A stretch of 64,000 bases of DNA from a virus: the IMG/VR virus record IMGVR_UViG_3300009183_000003, positions 2,724 through 66,723 of that record; one strand, written 5' to 3'. The notes beneath the pieces were generated by a model, which made no database searches, was not told the DNA's origin, and saw only the letters and a list, made by a program, of their open reading frames with translations. Both the position numbers and the translations under genes were made by a program. Shown here in pieces: positions 25,170 through 34,518 of the stretch (position 1 is the stretch's first letter; each line of letters opens with the position of its first letter).

Positions 25170-25508
25170 ATGAACATTAAAGGAAAAATCAAATCGGTAG
25201 GCAGCACCGAACAAAAGAGTGCCAAATTTTCTGTTAGAACATTTGTCCTAGAACTAGAGGGTAAGTACCCGGAGTTAGTAGAGTTCCAATTAGTAAATGA
25301 CAACACACTCCTAATCAACCCATTCTCATCAGGGGACGAAATCGAAGTCGAGTTCAACCTGAAAGGAAGGGAGTACAACGGAAGAGTCTACAACTCTCTC
25401 CAGGTTTGGAAAATAACAGGGGAATCAAAACCAAAAAATGAATCCACACCAAAAGCAGAAAGTCCGCAGGGAGAATCTGAAAAGTCAGAGGAAGACCTCC
25501 CCTTCTAA
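25170..25508 (+). CDS. ssb: DUF3127-family single-stranded DNA-binding protein
   Basis: F..R.FVL....KYP....FQ......GD.IEV.FNL.GRE...YNSL..WKI and acidic EDLPF tail; promoter TACATTTG 25146-25153. Confidence 0.85.
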   Translation: MNIKGKIKSVGSTEQKSAKFSVRTFVLELEGKYPELVEFQLVNDNTLLINPFSSGDEIEVEFNLKGREYNGRVYNSLQVWKITGESKPKNESTPKAESPQGESEKSEEDLPF

Positions 25509-25517
25509 TATAAAAAC

Positions 25518-25545
25518 AAAGTCCCCCTTATTTAGGGGGATTTTT
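25518..25545 (+). terminator. intrinsic terminator
   Basis: TCCCCCT-TATTT-AGGGGGA followed by TTTTT. Confidence 0.75.
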
Positions 25546-25569
25546 GTATTTTTGGATAAAATTAACAGT

Positions 25570-25923
25570 ATGTTCTTTAAGTCCAAGAAAAGAAGAGAAG
25601 AGGAAGAGGATGATAAAAAACCTCTTCCAGTGCTTTGCAGTACCGTCTGCGTAGTATGGAACACCGAAGAAGAAATTGAAGGCAATCCTGGTCAAGGGCT
25701 ATACGCTGAATATGTGCCTATAATATTTGATATAACCAAAGTTGCTGCTATACAAGCAGACGTGGAGTTTCGTAACGATGGTTCAGCGTCTATAGGTTCA
25801 AGAACTTTAGTGTACATTATTGGATCAACAGACCCTCTGATTATTGACGCTCCGTATAAATCGTTTTTAGAATATTTTACACTTTTAAAATCTAACGAGT
25901 TTCATAACAACGCAAACTACTAA
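25570..25923 (+). CDS. FlbD-like hypothetical protein (start revised to ATG 25570)
   Basis: FDITKVAAIQ....TLVYI.G.....IDAPY..F; promoter TATTTTTG 25547-25554. Confidence 0.55.
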   Translation: MFFKSKKRREEEEDDKKPLPVLCSTVCVVWNTEEEIEGNPGQGLYAEYVPIIFDITKVAAIQADVEFRNDGSASIGSRTLVYIIGSTDPLIIDAPYKSFLEYFTLLKSNEFHNNANY

Positions 25924-25940
25924 GTCTTTAAATCAGCTAT

Positions 25941-27098
25941 ATGACAATCCAAAAACTAGTACAGATACTCCACGCTAGACCAGGTTACTTAAAGTCAGGT
26001 CCAAGTTATATAGCAAGAAAATTTAAGGTTAGTCTACAAGATGCTACCGCAGCTTTAAAAGCCGCAAGAGTAGATAGAAAACAAGTTAATAGAAAGGTTG
26101 TAAAGGTTGAGTTGTCCAATGATTCTGATAATGTTATAACCGAGTTCGAACAGTATTTAGATAAAAATGGTATTGACCACTCGATGGTTAATTCTGTTAA
26201 ATACTGGCAAAATATGAAAGGAGAACAAAGGTTCTCTGTAGTAACCAAAAGTGACAGAAGAGCAGAAGAGATTCAAAAAGACATTGAAGAGTTTGCGGCT
26301 AGTTATAGTCCTAAAGCTAGAGTAATAACTAAAGGTAGAAGACCTGACTACAAAGTGAAGTCAACTTTAGAAATTTCTCTTCCCGATATTCACTATGGAA
26401 AGTTAACAGATATTACACTAGAGGAAATGGAAAAACAATTCCTTGATACAATTGAGGACTTAGTTAATAAGGGAAGAGGTTTAAATATTGAAAGAGTTCT
26501 GCTACCAATCGGAAACGATGGAATGAATACAGATGGCATGAGAATGGCTACAACAAAAGGCACTCCTCAGCATGATGTAATCGGATGGAAAGAATCATTT
26601 AAAGGTTACTGGACTTTAATAGTTAGAGCAGTAGATTTCTTAAAAGATGTAGCTCCAGTTGATATAATTGTTGTATCGGGGAACCATGACTACGAAAGAA
26701 TGTTTTATGCCGGAGATGTTTTAGCAGGTTGGTATCGTAATGATCCAAATGTTTCTGTAGACAACTCCACAATGCCTAGAAAATATTATAAGTACGGAAA
26801 AAACATGATAATGTTTACTCATGGAGATAATGAGAAGCCTTCTGATATGCCACTAATAATGGCTACCGAGCAACCGGAAATGTTTGCGTCAACTGAGTTT
26901 AGAGAAGCTCATTGTGGTCATTACCATAAAGAACAAGTAAACGAATACCGAGGTGTTAAGGTGAGATTCCTCCCTTCAATATGTGCGTTAGATGAATGGC
27001 ATAAAAAAATGGGTTACCAAGCACTAAGAACAGCCCAGGCGTTTATTTGGAACCATGACGAGGGCCTTGAAGGATATTTACAGAGTAATGTTAAATAA
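25941..27098 (+). CDS. calcineurin-like metallophosphoesterase
   Basis: PDIHYG, GND...D, GNHD, THGD, GHYH motifs. Confidence 0.9.
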   Translation: MTIQKLVQILHARPGYLKSGPSYIARKFKVSLQDATAALKAARVDRKQVNRKVVKVELSNDSDNVITEFEQYLDKNGIDHSMVNSVKYWQNMKGEQRFSVVTKSDRRAEEIQKDIEEFAASYSPKARVITKGRRPDYKVKSTLEISLPDIHYGKLTDITLEEMEKQFLDTIEDLVNKGRGLNIERVLLPIGNDGMNTDGMRMATTKGTPQHDVIGWKESFKGYWTLIVRAVDFLKDVAPVDIIVVSGNHDYERMFYAGDVLAGWYRNDPNVSVDNSTMPRKYYKYGKNMIMFTHGDNEKPSDMPLIMATEQPEMFASTEFREAHCGHYHKEQVNEYRGVKVRFLPSICALDEWHKKMGYQALRTAQAFIWNHDEGLEGYLQSNVK

Positions 27099-27204
27099 AA
27101 TTATGAAATTATACATTTTGTCATTCAATACTGCCTATGAGACAGAAAATATTAAGAAGGCAATATTGTTGCTCCCCACATTTACACAAGTACGAGATCA
27201 CTAA

Positions 27205-27285
27205 CAAAAAATGGGAACCGTTGTCCCCATTTTCTGCACACAAATAAAGAACACAATAACAAAAATCAAGCATCAGAACGATGCC
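27205..27285 (-). ncRNA. candidate small RNA 2 (promoter-to-terminator transcript, ~80 nt)
   Basis: TACTTTTG at 27289-27296 on the minus strand; 5' hairpin GCAUC/GAUGC; U/G-rich body; terminator 27206-27233. Confidence 0.5.
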
Positions 27286-27336
27286 GTACAAAAGTACACC
27301 AATTCATTCACAAAAAACACACTTAATATTTTCAAA

Positions 27337-27963
27337 ATGAAGTATTTGAATTATTTGCCAGTAGTTATGAAATCAAAAGATCATCTCGCTGATGGAGTTG
27401 ACATTGGAGACAAAAGAATTCACATGGTTATTAGAATAGCCTCCGAAGAGGCTGACTACTGGACAAACACAGATTGTGTTGTTTTTGAAGACTTTGGTAA
27501 GTGGAAAAAAGGAGACGAGGTGTTTGTTAAATACGTTGAGATTAGAGAAGTTGTTGGGGCATATAGCGAGGGAAAAAACAAGCGTGTTATTGATGTTGGT
27601 AATCAGGAAGTTTTATTAGTTAGACCCGACCTTGTGTATTTAACGATGAGAGATGGTGAATTCATTCCTCAAGATGGATGGTGTTTAATTAAAAGAGTTC
27701 TTGAGAAACCTAAGACATCTTTACTTATTGTGCCAGAAATGTATGACGAGAAGTATAAAGAAAATGAGTGGGAAATAATTGCCGTTGGTGGACCTTCTCC
27801 TGAAAGTGAGCGTGCATACGGAAAGGATGCCTTACCTCCTATAGGTAAAATTATATTAGGAAAGGATAGTGCTGGAATTCCATTAGAGGCAGGACTAAAC
27901 AAAAAGTTGAAAGAAGAGTATCATCTTATCAGACACAATGAAATATTAGCGTATGAAGTTTGA
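27337..27963 (+). CDS. tandem GroES-like protein (start revised to ATG 27337)
   Basis: C-terminal half P..GWCLIK...SLLIVP....IIAVG....YHLIRHNEILA is Cpn10-like; N-terminal half has a second degenerate copy (KKGDEVFV). Confidence 0.65.
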   Translation: MKYLNYLPVVMKSKDHLADGVDIGDKRIHMVIRIASEEADYWTNTDCVVFEDFGKWKKGDEVFVKYVEIREVVGAYSEGKNKRVIDVGNQEVLLVRPDLVYLTMRDGEFIPQDGWCLIKRVLEKPKTSLLIVPEMYDEKYKENEWEIIAVGGPSPESERAYGKDALPPIGKIILGKDSAGIPLEAGLNKKLKEEYHLIRHNEILAYEV

Positions 27964-28618
27964 ACATAATGAGTTTAACAAACTAAAATACCCGATTCAT
28001 AAAATACCATTAGGCACACCTGTGCTTTTTGAGTTCTCTGACTTATCTAAGTTCTCCATAATATTTGCGGCAAACGATTTACCTAAGAAGTTAGATCCCG
28101 ATATTGTTATGCGGTACTTGATTTATATGTACGACTTAGGTTCTCCAGGTCAGGGTATTCCTGATTTGAAGAGAAGAAAAGTGTGGGCATTGCAATGTTT
28201 AAACCTTGAGCCTCCATACGATGATGTGATTAAGGATATGCTCAACTGGAAAATTAAGGGGGTAAATAGAAGGGCAATATATTTCCTTATGTTGATGGGT
28301 GGTGAGCAATACATGGTTTGGAAGTCTGCTGAAGAGGCTCTCTTGCGTTATACAGAATTAGAGATTAAATTAGAGGCTGAAGATGAAGTTGCTCAAGCTA
28401 AAATAGTTCAGGCAGAAAAGACTCGAAGAGAAATTATTAATATGACCATGAGTCAAATTACAGCTTCAAAGACTCAATTCCTACAAGGTGAAAAGAGTAA
28501 GGAACTAGAGGAAGAGTTGACCGAGTTTACTTTATTAGACTCTTTAGGCATAAGACCTGAAGAGTATATTCGTGAATTTGAACAAAATGGTGATGTATTC
28601 CCAGAGATAGATGCGTGA
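27953..28618 (+). CDS. hypothetical protein, candidate terminase small subunit
   Basis: Helical 221 aa overlapping the terL start; positional evidence only. Confidence 0.4.
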   Translation: MKFEHNEFNKLKYPIHKIPLGTPVLFEFSDLSKFSIIFAANDLPKKLDPDIVMRYLIYMYDLGSPGQGIPDLKRRKVWALQCLNLEPPYDDVIKDMLNWKIKGVNRRAIYFLMLMGGEQYMVWKSAEEALLRYTELEIKLEAEDEVAQAKIVQAEKTRREIINMTMSQITASKTQFLQGEKSKELEEELTEFTLLDSLGIRPEEYIREFEQNGDVFPEIDA

Positions 28619-31019
28619 AGTAAAATATAAATACAACCGACCCGAAGAGTTCATTGTTGTTAATAACGATGATGAGGACTTGTACCCAACAAAAATAAAA
28701 GTCCCCACTCTTGAGGAGTATTATAAATTACCTTACGAAGAGGCAATAAAAAAAGTTGAAGGGTATGGACTTCCTCCCGAAAAACAGAAGTTTACATACC
28801 AGGATATGCCGTCAAAGTTAGTAGAGATTGAGTCTATTATCCGTAGAAAGAAACAGATGAAGCCTAAGGATGTTGTGAAGTTAGAGGATATTGATGAGGA
28901 GTTATTTAATGATGTTTCCCATTATTCAAAAGAAATAAATTGGATTAAGAGACAAATCAAAAGGCACTACAAGGGTTATTTCTTTTTCAATAATGGCACC
29001 CCAACATATATGCCTGGGTGTCAGTACACATATCTAAACTATTGGCCAATTGGTAACGGAAGAAATACAAAGGGATTAGCGGAATATAGAGACAGGGATA
29101 GGAAGTGGTTCTTGACTGTTATGTATGCGTACACAACGCAAGAGGCTTTCTATAAGTTTAAGGTTGTTTACCTTGAAAAGAAAAAGAGTTATGTTCGTTA
29201 CTTCAATATGCAAAAAAGCGTGGATGAGTTTAAAGAAAAGCATCCTGATTGTTATGTAGAAAAAGGAGAGTACACGATAGATACAGGCGAGAGAACAACT
29301 TACGGAGTAATCTACCCAAAACACCGAAGAGAGGGGGCAACCTCTCGTGCAGGTTTTATGAATTGGTATGTGACGGCAACCCTAGGTATACAAAGGTTTG
29401 GAGGTATACAAAGTATGTCGGACTACCACTCTACTCAAGTGTTTGTGGACCACATTGCAAAGCGTCTCCGCAGAATGCCCTTCTTCTTTAAGTTAATGAC
29501 GGAAGGTTCTTCTGTTCCAAAGGAAGCGATACAATTTACAGCACCTGCAAATAGAACAGCAGGCGGTGTTGGAACAACTTCTCTACCTCCACACGAGGGT
29601 TGGATAAATCACCGACCATCTGGAGAGAGAGCTTATGACATGGAAAAACTTCACTTTATTCACCACGATGAGGTTGGAAAGATTGACCCCAAAGCAGGTA
29701 TTAACATTAATGTTGTTGATAGATGGAGAGTTGTTATGAAGTGTCTCGCACAGGGACCATACATTCATGGCATCGGTCTCCTCACCTCGACATTAGGTGA
29801 GATGGAAAAGGGTGGTGGTGAGCAAATGAAAAAACTTATTCTAGGATCTCGCTTTAACGAAAGGAACGACAACGGGCAAACAATGACAGGACTTCTCACT
29901 CTATTCTTTCCTGCCCATGATGGTTTGGATGGTTTTATTGACGAGTTCGGAAACTCTATTATTGAAGACCCGGAGAAGCCAACAAAGAATGTTGATGGAA
30001 AATTTGTTTCGATGGGAGCAAAGACCTATCTCCAAAATAAACGAAGAGCGTTTGAAATGAACGGAGACCAAACAGGGCTTATTGAAGAGATGCAAAACTT
30101 TCCAATGAACTTAAAGGAGTGCTTTATGTCAGCATCGAAAGACTCTTCTTTCCCTGTCCTCAAGATAAGAAAAAGAATTACAGAGTTGACTTTTGAAAAA
30201 CACAAAACTCGTAGGTACAACTTTGAGTGGGAAAATGGAAGATGCTCAAAAGTAAAACTTGTTGAAGATGATGAGGGTAAGTTTATCATCTCATATCTTC
30301 CTCCATCAGGGGCAAGAAACCTGAAAGAGTGGGACTCTGACTTAGAGTCTTGGAAGCCAGCTTGGACTGTTATGAGTAAGTTTGTGATGGGGGCTGACCC
30401 TGCTAAATACGAATCCCATGAAGTAAGCGGTAAGAAAAAGTCTTACAACGCAGGCGCAATGTATTACAAGAAAGATGATCACCTTGACGGGGATACAGGT
30501 CTGCTTATTAAGCCAAGAGGAATGTGGGCATCCGATAAGTTTGTCCTCACTTATAAACAAAGAGATGTTGGAAGAGAGGAATATTGCGATGATATGGCAA
30601 AGGCTTGTATGTTTTTTGGAGCAATGTTATACCCCGAGATGAATATTACCTTCCTTTACGAAAAGTTTTTAGAGTGGGGTTTAAAAGGATATCTCTTATA
30701 CGACATGGACGAAAATGGATTCAGAAAGCCACTTCCAGGAAGGATAACTACAGACGGCTCAAGTAATTCTGCAAAGCAAGACATCTTTGATTGTTGGGAA
30801 CATTACTTAAAAAATGGCGTTGAAGGAGAGAACCACATTGAGGTTTTAGAGGAGTGTGCTAACATTGACGGCAAGCAAGAAATGACAAAATACGATTTAT
30901 TTGCTGCTGGAGGCTACGCACTTTTGGGAAGTAAGTCAGTTTACCCTAAATTTGTAGAATTAAATGAGCAGTCTATGAATATAGATTCAAAACTTTTTGA
31001 TACATTTGATTATTATTAA
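28611..31019 (+). CDS. terL: terminase large subunit, crAss-like
   Basis: Walker A PKHRREGAT, Walker B HHDEVGK, E....P....E.F, RNase H GADP; 802 aa. Confidence 0.92.
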   Translation: MREVKYKYNRPEEFIVVNNDDEDLYPTKIKVPTLEEYYKLPYEEAIKKVEGYGLPPEKQKFTYQDMPSKLVEIESIIRRKKQMKPKDVVKLEDIDEELFNDVSHYSKEINWIKRQIKRHYKGYFFFNNGTPTYMPGCQYTYLNYWPIGNGRNTKGLAEYRDRDRKWFLTVMYAYTTQEAFYKFKVVYLEKKKSYVRYFNMQKSVDEFKEKHPDCYVEKGEYTIDTGERTTYGVIYPKHRREGATSRAGFMNWYVTATLGIQRFGGIQSMSDYHSTQVFVDHIAKRLRRMPFFFKLMTEGSSVPKEAIQFTAPANRTAGGVGTTSLPPHEGWINHRPSGERAYDMEKLHFIHHDEVGKIDPKAGININVVDRWRVVMKCLAQGPYIHGIGLLTSTLGEMEKGGGEQMKKLILGSRFNERNDNGQTMTGLLTLFFPAHDGLDGFIDEFGNSIIEDPEKPTKNVDGKFVSMGAKTYLQNKRRAFEMNGDQTGLIEEMQNFPMNLKECFMSASKDSSFPVLKIRKRITELTFEKHKTRRYNFEWENGRCSKVKLVEDDEGKFIISYLPPSGARNLKEWDSDLESWKPAWTVMSKFVMGADPAKYESHEVSGKKKSYNAGAMYYKKDDHLDGDTGLLIKPRGMWASDKFVLTYKQRDVGREEYCDDMAKACMFFGAMLYPEMNITFLYEKFLEWGLKGYLLYDMDENGFRKPLPGRITTDGSSNSAKQDIFDCWEHYLKNGVEGENHIEVLEECANIDGKQEMTKYDLFAAGGYALLGSKSVYPKFVELNEQSMNIDSKLFDTFDYY

Positions 31020-31022
31020 AGT

Positions 31023-33356
31023 ATGAGCGAATATACAATCTTGTGGCCAAAGGATGATATTGATCCTAAAAAGAAAGACAACAACTGGTTGTCTCAAATT
31101 GGCCGTGCTATTTTTTATCGTTACGAAAATAACAAAACTTATTTTGGCCGACAAGATATTGCTCGTTTATTTGAGATAAGAAACTACTCTGAAGGAAGAC
31201 AAAACCAACAGAAGTATATTGATATGTGGATTCAGCGAGGGGAAGAAAAGACAAGTCTATCAAGCCCTAACGCACAAGCTCAACGTATTCGTAGAAAAGG
31301 TTACGCAAACATGAACTTTGAGATTTTCTCAATAGCACCTGAGTTAAAGAGAGTTATTCATTCTGTTATAGGTACTGATAATCAGCGTATTCAAGTTGAT
31401 TGTATTAACCCGGAGATTAAAAATAAGAAAGCGTTAGATAAGGCAACCCTTTACGTTAAGTCGAAGATGGAGCCTTTAATGAAAGATTTAGGAATGCCGC
31501 AAGTTGGTGAGGGAGAATTTCTACCTCAGAACCCTGGTGAGTTAGATGTATTCGAAAGTCTTGGTGGGTTTAAACAAAACTTAGAAATTACTTTAGAGAA
31601 GTTAATAGAGTTAGGTTTTACAAATAGTGATTGGGGAAAGATAGAGCGTCAGTTAAAAGACGATGCTATCAACTTCAACTTTATGGTTTGTAAAGACTAC
31701 ACAGACGCTCATACAGGCATGGCAAAGGTTAAGTATGTAGACGTAACCAAATTTATTTGTGCTTGGACGGATGACTCTCAAGGGGACAATACTCCATTTG
31801 CAGGACACTTTGAAAAATATAGCATTCCTCAGATTAGAGACTTGCTCATCCAAAACGGCTGGACTGAGGAGGATACCGAAAGACAAGTTAACAGAATTGC
31901 TAAGTGGGCGTTTGATTTAACTTATTCAAACGATAGATACGGATGGTCTTGGTATTGTCAAAGAGATACTATCACGGATCGTATGCGTTACGATGATTTC
32001 TTTGTGGACGTTCTTGAGTTCGAATATATTTCGAAGGATACTCAGTTCTACAAAAAGAAAGATCGTGATGGTATTCACACATTCTACTCAGACAAGTTTG
32101 GGGAATATGTAAATACAGATAAGAAGAAAACAGTTATTGTAGACGCTCACGTTATTTACGAGGGGTACTTTATCCCAGGAGCAAACATCACAGTAGGTGG
32201 TAAGCAGAAGAACATGAAGAGAGTGAGCAAGCAAAAGCCTCAAATCTCTTACCGCTTTGAAAGAGTACCGGGAAAGGCTATCACAGAAACAGCCATACCT
32301 ATTTACGACTCTCTTCAAATCAATCACCTTAAACTACAGGCAGCCAAACTAGCCGCTGCTCCAAAGGGTATTGCGATTGACATCGGGGCATTAAACATTA
32401 ATAGCATAGCAGGTTCGATGTACACCCCATTTGACCTTGTTCAAGTATATTCTCACACAGGTAATTTCTTTTACAGATCTTCTTTATTAGGAGGTAAGGT
32501 AAACACAAATAAGACCTTTGATGAATTAGAGGGTGGTATAGGTAAACAATTGTCCGAATGGATTTTAGCTTACCAACATGACGTAGAGAAATTACTACAA
32601 ATTACAGGCATTACCCCAACCATGGCAGGTTCTCCTGCAAAGGGTGATAAGTTAGTTGGCGTAGCTGAATTAGAAGTAGAGGCTACTAACAATGCATTGT
32701 GGCCACTACAACAAGCGTTAGAGCGTTTGAAAGTTAAGATGGGCCAGAACATTGCTTTGCGTGCTATGACAACCATGCGTTTTGATAGCGAGGTGAAAGA
32801 CTACTACGCTGAAGTGTTTGGCAAAACATCAATCGATTACTTATTACCTGCGGCTGACTTTACGCTAGACGAGTTAGGTATATCCCTCAGCAACAAGATA
32901 TCAGCGACTCAGAAGTTTAAAATTGCAGAAGCCGCTGAGACCGCATTAAAAGTTGGTCGTAACGGAATGCCTGAGATAGAACTCTCTGACTACACCATGA
33001 TTCTTGAAATGTTGGAGAAGGGGCGTTTAAAAGAAGCAACTTGGTACTTGACATACAAGAGCAGTAAGAAACGTCAGTACAACGACCAGATGGCTGCTCA
33101 GAACCAACAAGCACAGGCTCAATCTCTACAAGAGTTAGAGTTGATGAAGCAGAAAGGTGAGATGGAGTTAATGCAGATGAAGGCTAAGATAGAGGTTGAA
33201 AAAGAGGCAGCCCTCTCTAACATTAGAGTTAAAGAAAAACAAATGATTATTGCCGCTGAAACTCAAGGAACAATTGAGGAGATTAAAGCAGAGGCATACT
33301 TACAAGAACAGACTGGTGCTGAAATCACAGGTAAGTTCCGTAAACCAAGCGCATAA
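31023..33356 (+). CDS. portal protein, crAss-like
   Basis: 777 aa directly after terL; LL.ITGI....G segment and Q/E-rich C-terminal coil. Confidence 0.85.
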   Translation: MSEYTILWPKDDIDPKKKDNNWLSQIGRAIFYRYENNKTYFGRQDIARLFEIRNYSEGRQNQQKYIDMWIQRGEEKTSLSSPNAQAQRIRRKGYANMNFEIFSIAPELKRVIHSVIGTDNQRIQVDCINPEIKNKKALDKATLYVKSKMEPLMKDLGMPQVGEGEFLPQNPGELDVFESLGGFKQNLEITLEKLIELGFTNSDWGKIERQLKDDAINFNFMVCKDYTDAHTGMAKVKYVDVTKFICAWTDDSQGDNTPFAGHFEKYSIPQIRDLLIQNGWTEEDTERQVNRIAKWAFDLTYSNDRYGWSWYCQRDTITDRMRYDDFFVDVLEFEYISKDTQFYKKKDRDGIHTFYSDKFGEYVNTDKKKTVIVDAHVIYEGYFIPGANITVGGKQKNMKRVSKQKPQISYRFERVPGKAITETAIPIYDSLQINHLKLQAAKLAAAPKGIAIDIGALNINSIAGSMYTPFDLVQVYSHTGNFFYRSSLLGGKVNTNKTFDELEGGIGKQLSEWILAYQHDVEKLLQITGITPTMAGSPAKGDKLVGVAELEVEATNNALWPLQQALERLKVKMGQNIALRAMTTMRFDSEVKDYYAEVFGKTSIDYLLPAADFTLDELGISLSNKISATQKFKIAEAAETALKVGRNGMPEIELSDYTMILEMLEKGRLKEATWYLTYKSSKKRQYNDQMAAQNQQAQAQSLQELELMKQKGEMELMQMKAKIEVEKEAALSNIRVKEKQMIIAAETQGTIEEIKAEAYLQEQTGAEITGKFRKPSA

Positions 33357-33374
33357 ACACAAAAACAACACATA

Positions 33375-34478
33375 ATGGAAAATCAAGAACAAGCTACGCC
33401 TACAAGCATTTTTAGTGCCTTAGGTTTGGAGAACCCGACTCCTACACCGGTGGAAATTTCAGAAGAGCCAACGCCTTCTTTTGAGCCAACGGCAACTCCT
33501 GATGGTGGCGAACCTGCTCCAATAGCAGACACTACTATTAATGATGACACCACCTTCAAGGCATCTGACTTAAGAGCAATCTTCGGGGACTTTGAGTCTA
33601 TGGACTCTATCAAGCAAAAGTATTCTGGCTTTGAAGAAAGAGCAAAGAAATACGATGAGTTTGAGCCTTTAATATCTCAGCAGGAGAGTTTAATGAAAGA
33701 GTTAGAGTCTCCATTTGCAAACGAAAAACTTGCAGGGCTTAATTCATTTATCAGAAACACAGGAATTAACGACTTAGATGTTGCTAGTAAATTTGTCGGA
33801 AAAACATCCGAAGAGATTAAACAAACTCCAATTCAAGTCATGGCACTTGCTCAAGTTATTCAAGAGCCAGACTTGTTAAACAATATGTCTTTTGAAGACC
33901 TATGCGAGGCAATTGCAGACGAGAACAGCACTTACGCTGACGTTACTTTTGAAGACGCTCCAAAGGTGATGAAAATGAAAATTGGAAAAAACATTGCTAT
34001 AGTCGAAGAAAAATTACAAAATATAGGACAGAATAAAGATTTTGTTGCATCTTTGCGTAACCAATATAACGAGTCTAAAGAGACTGTTGCGAAGGCGGTT
34101 CAGGAATGGAAGCCTACAATTGAAAAACTGACTGATTTGAAAGAGGTGGAGTATGACCTTGAGGGGTATAAAGTGAAGGCGCAGGTGTCTGCGGAAACCC
34201 GAACTCAGCTTCAAAAAGAGATTACAAATATCATCGCTTCAAATCCATCTTTACCAGATGACCAAAGTATTGAGCTTATAAACACATATGTTCGGAGCCG
34301 AATAGAAAATTTAGAAGCAGCCAATATTTATAAATCTCTTATATCAGCCGCTAAAGGGGAGGCCCTTGAAAAATCGGTTAAAGAGTTTCATAACGGATCG
34401 TCTGTTGCTAGACCGGAAAAGCAGGGTGGAACTAATGAGAAGAGTCAATTGTTGCAATACTTCGAAGGACAGATTTAA
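33375..34478 (+). CDS. acidic scaffold-like protein
   Basis: P/E/T-rich disordered N-terminus and helical body; lies between portal and capsid. Confidence 0.6.
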   Translation: MENQEQATPTSIFSALGLENPTPTPVEISEEPTPSFEPTATPDGGEPAPIADTTINDDTTFKASDLRAIFGDFESMDSIKQKYSGFEERAKKYDEFEPLISQQESLMKELESPFANEKLAGLNSFIRNTGINDLDVASKFVGKTSEEIKQTPIQVMALAQVIQEPDLLNNMSFEDLCEAIADENSTYADVTFEDAPKVMKMKIGKNIAIVEEKLQNIGQNKDFVASLRNQYNESKETVAKAVQEWKPTIEKLTDLKEVEYDLEGYKVKAQVSAETRTQLQKEITNIIASNPSLPDDQSIELINTYVRSRIENLEAANIYKSLISAAKGEALEKSVKEFHNGSSVARPEKQGGTNEKSQLLQYFEGQI

Positions 34479-34518
34479 GGAAAAAATAAATTTTTTTATT
34501 AATTAATACTTTACCAAA

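Noticed and set aside
27211-27336. N-terminal extension of the tandem-GroES ORF from the ORF track
   Set aside because: Starts inside a terminator hairpin and crosses the antisense sRNA unit; ATG 27337 has a typical A-rich context
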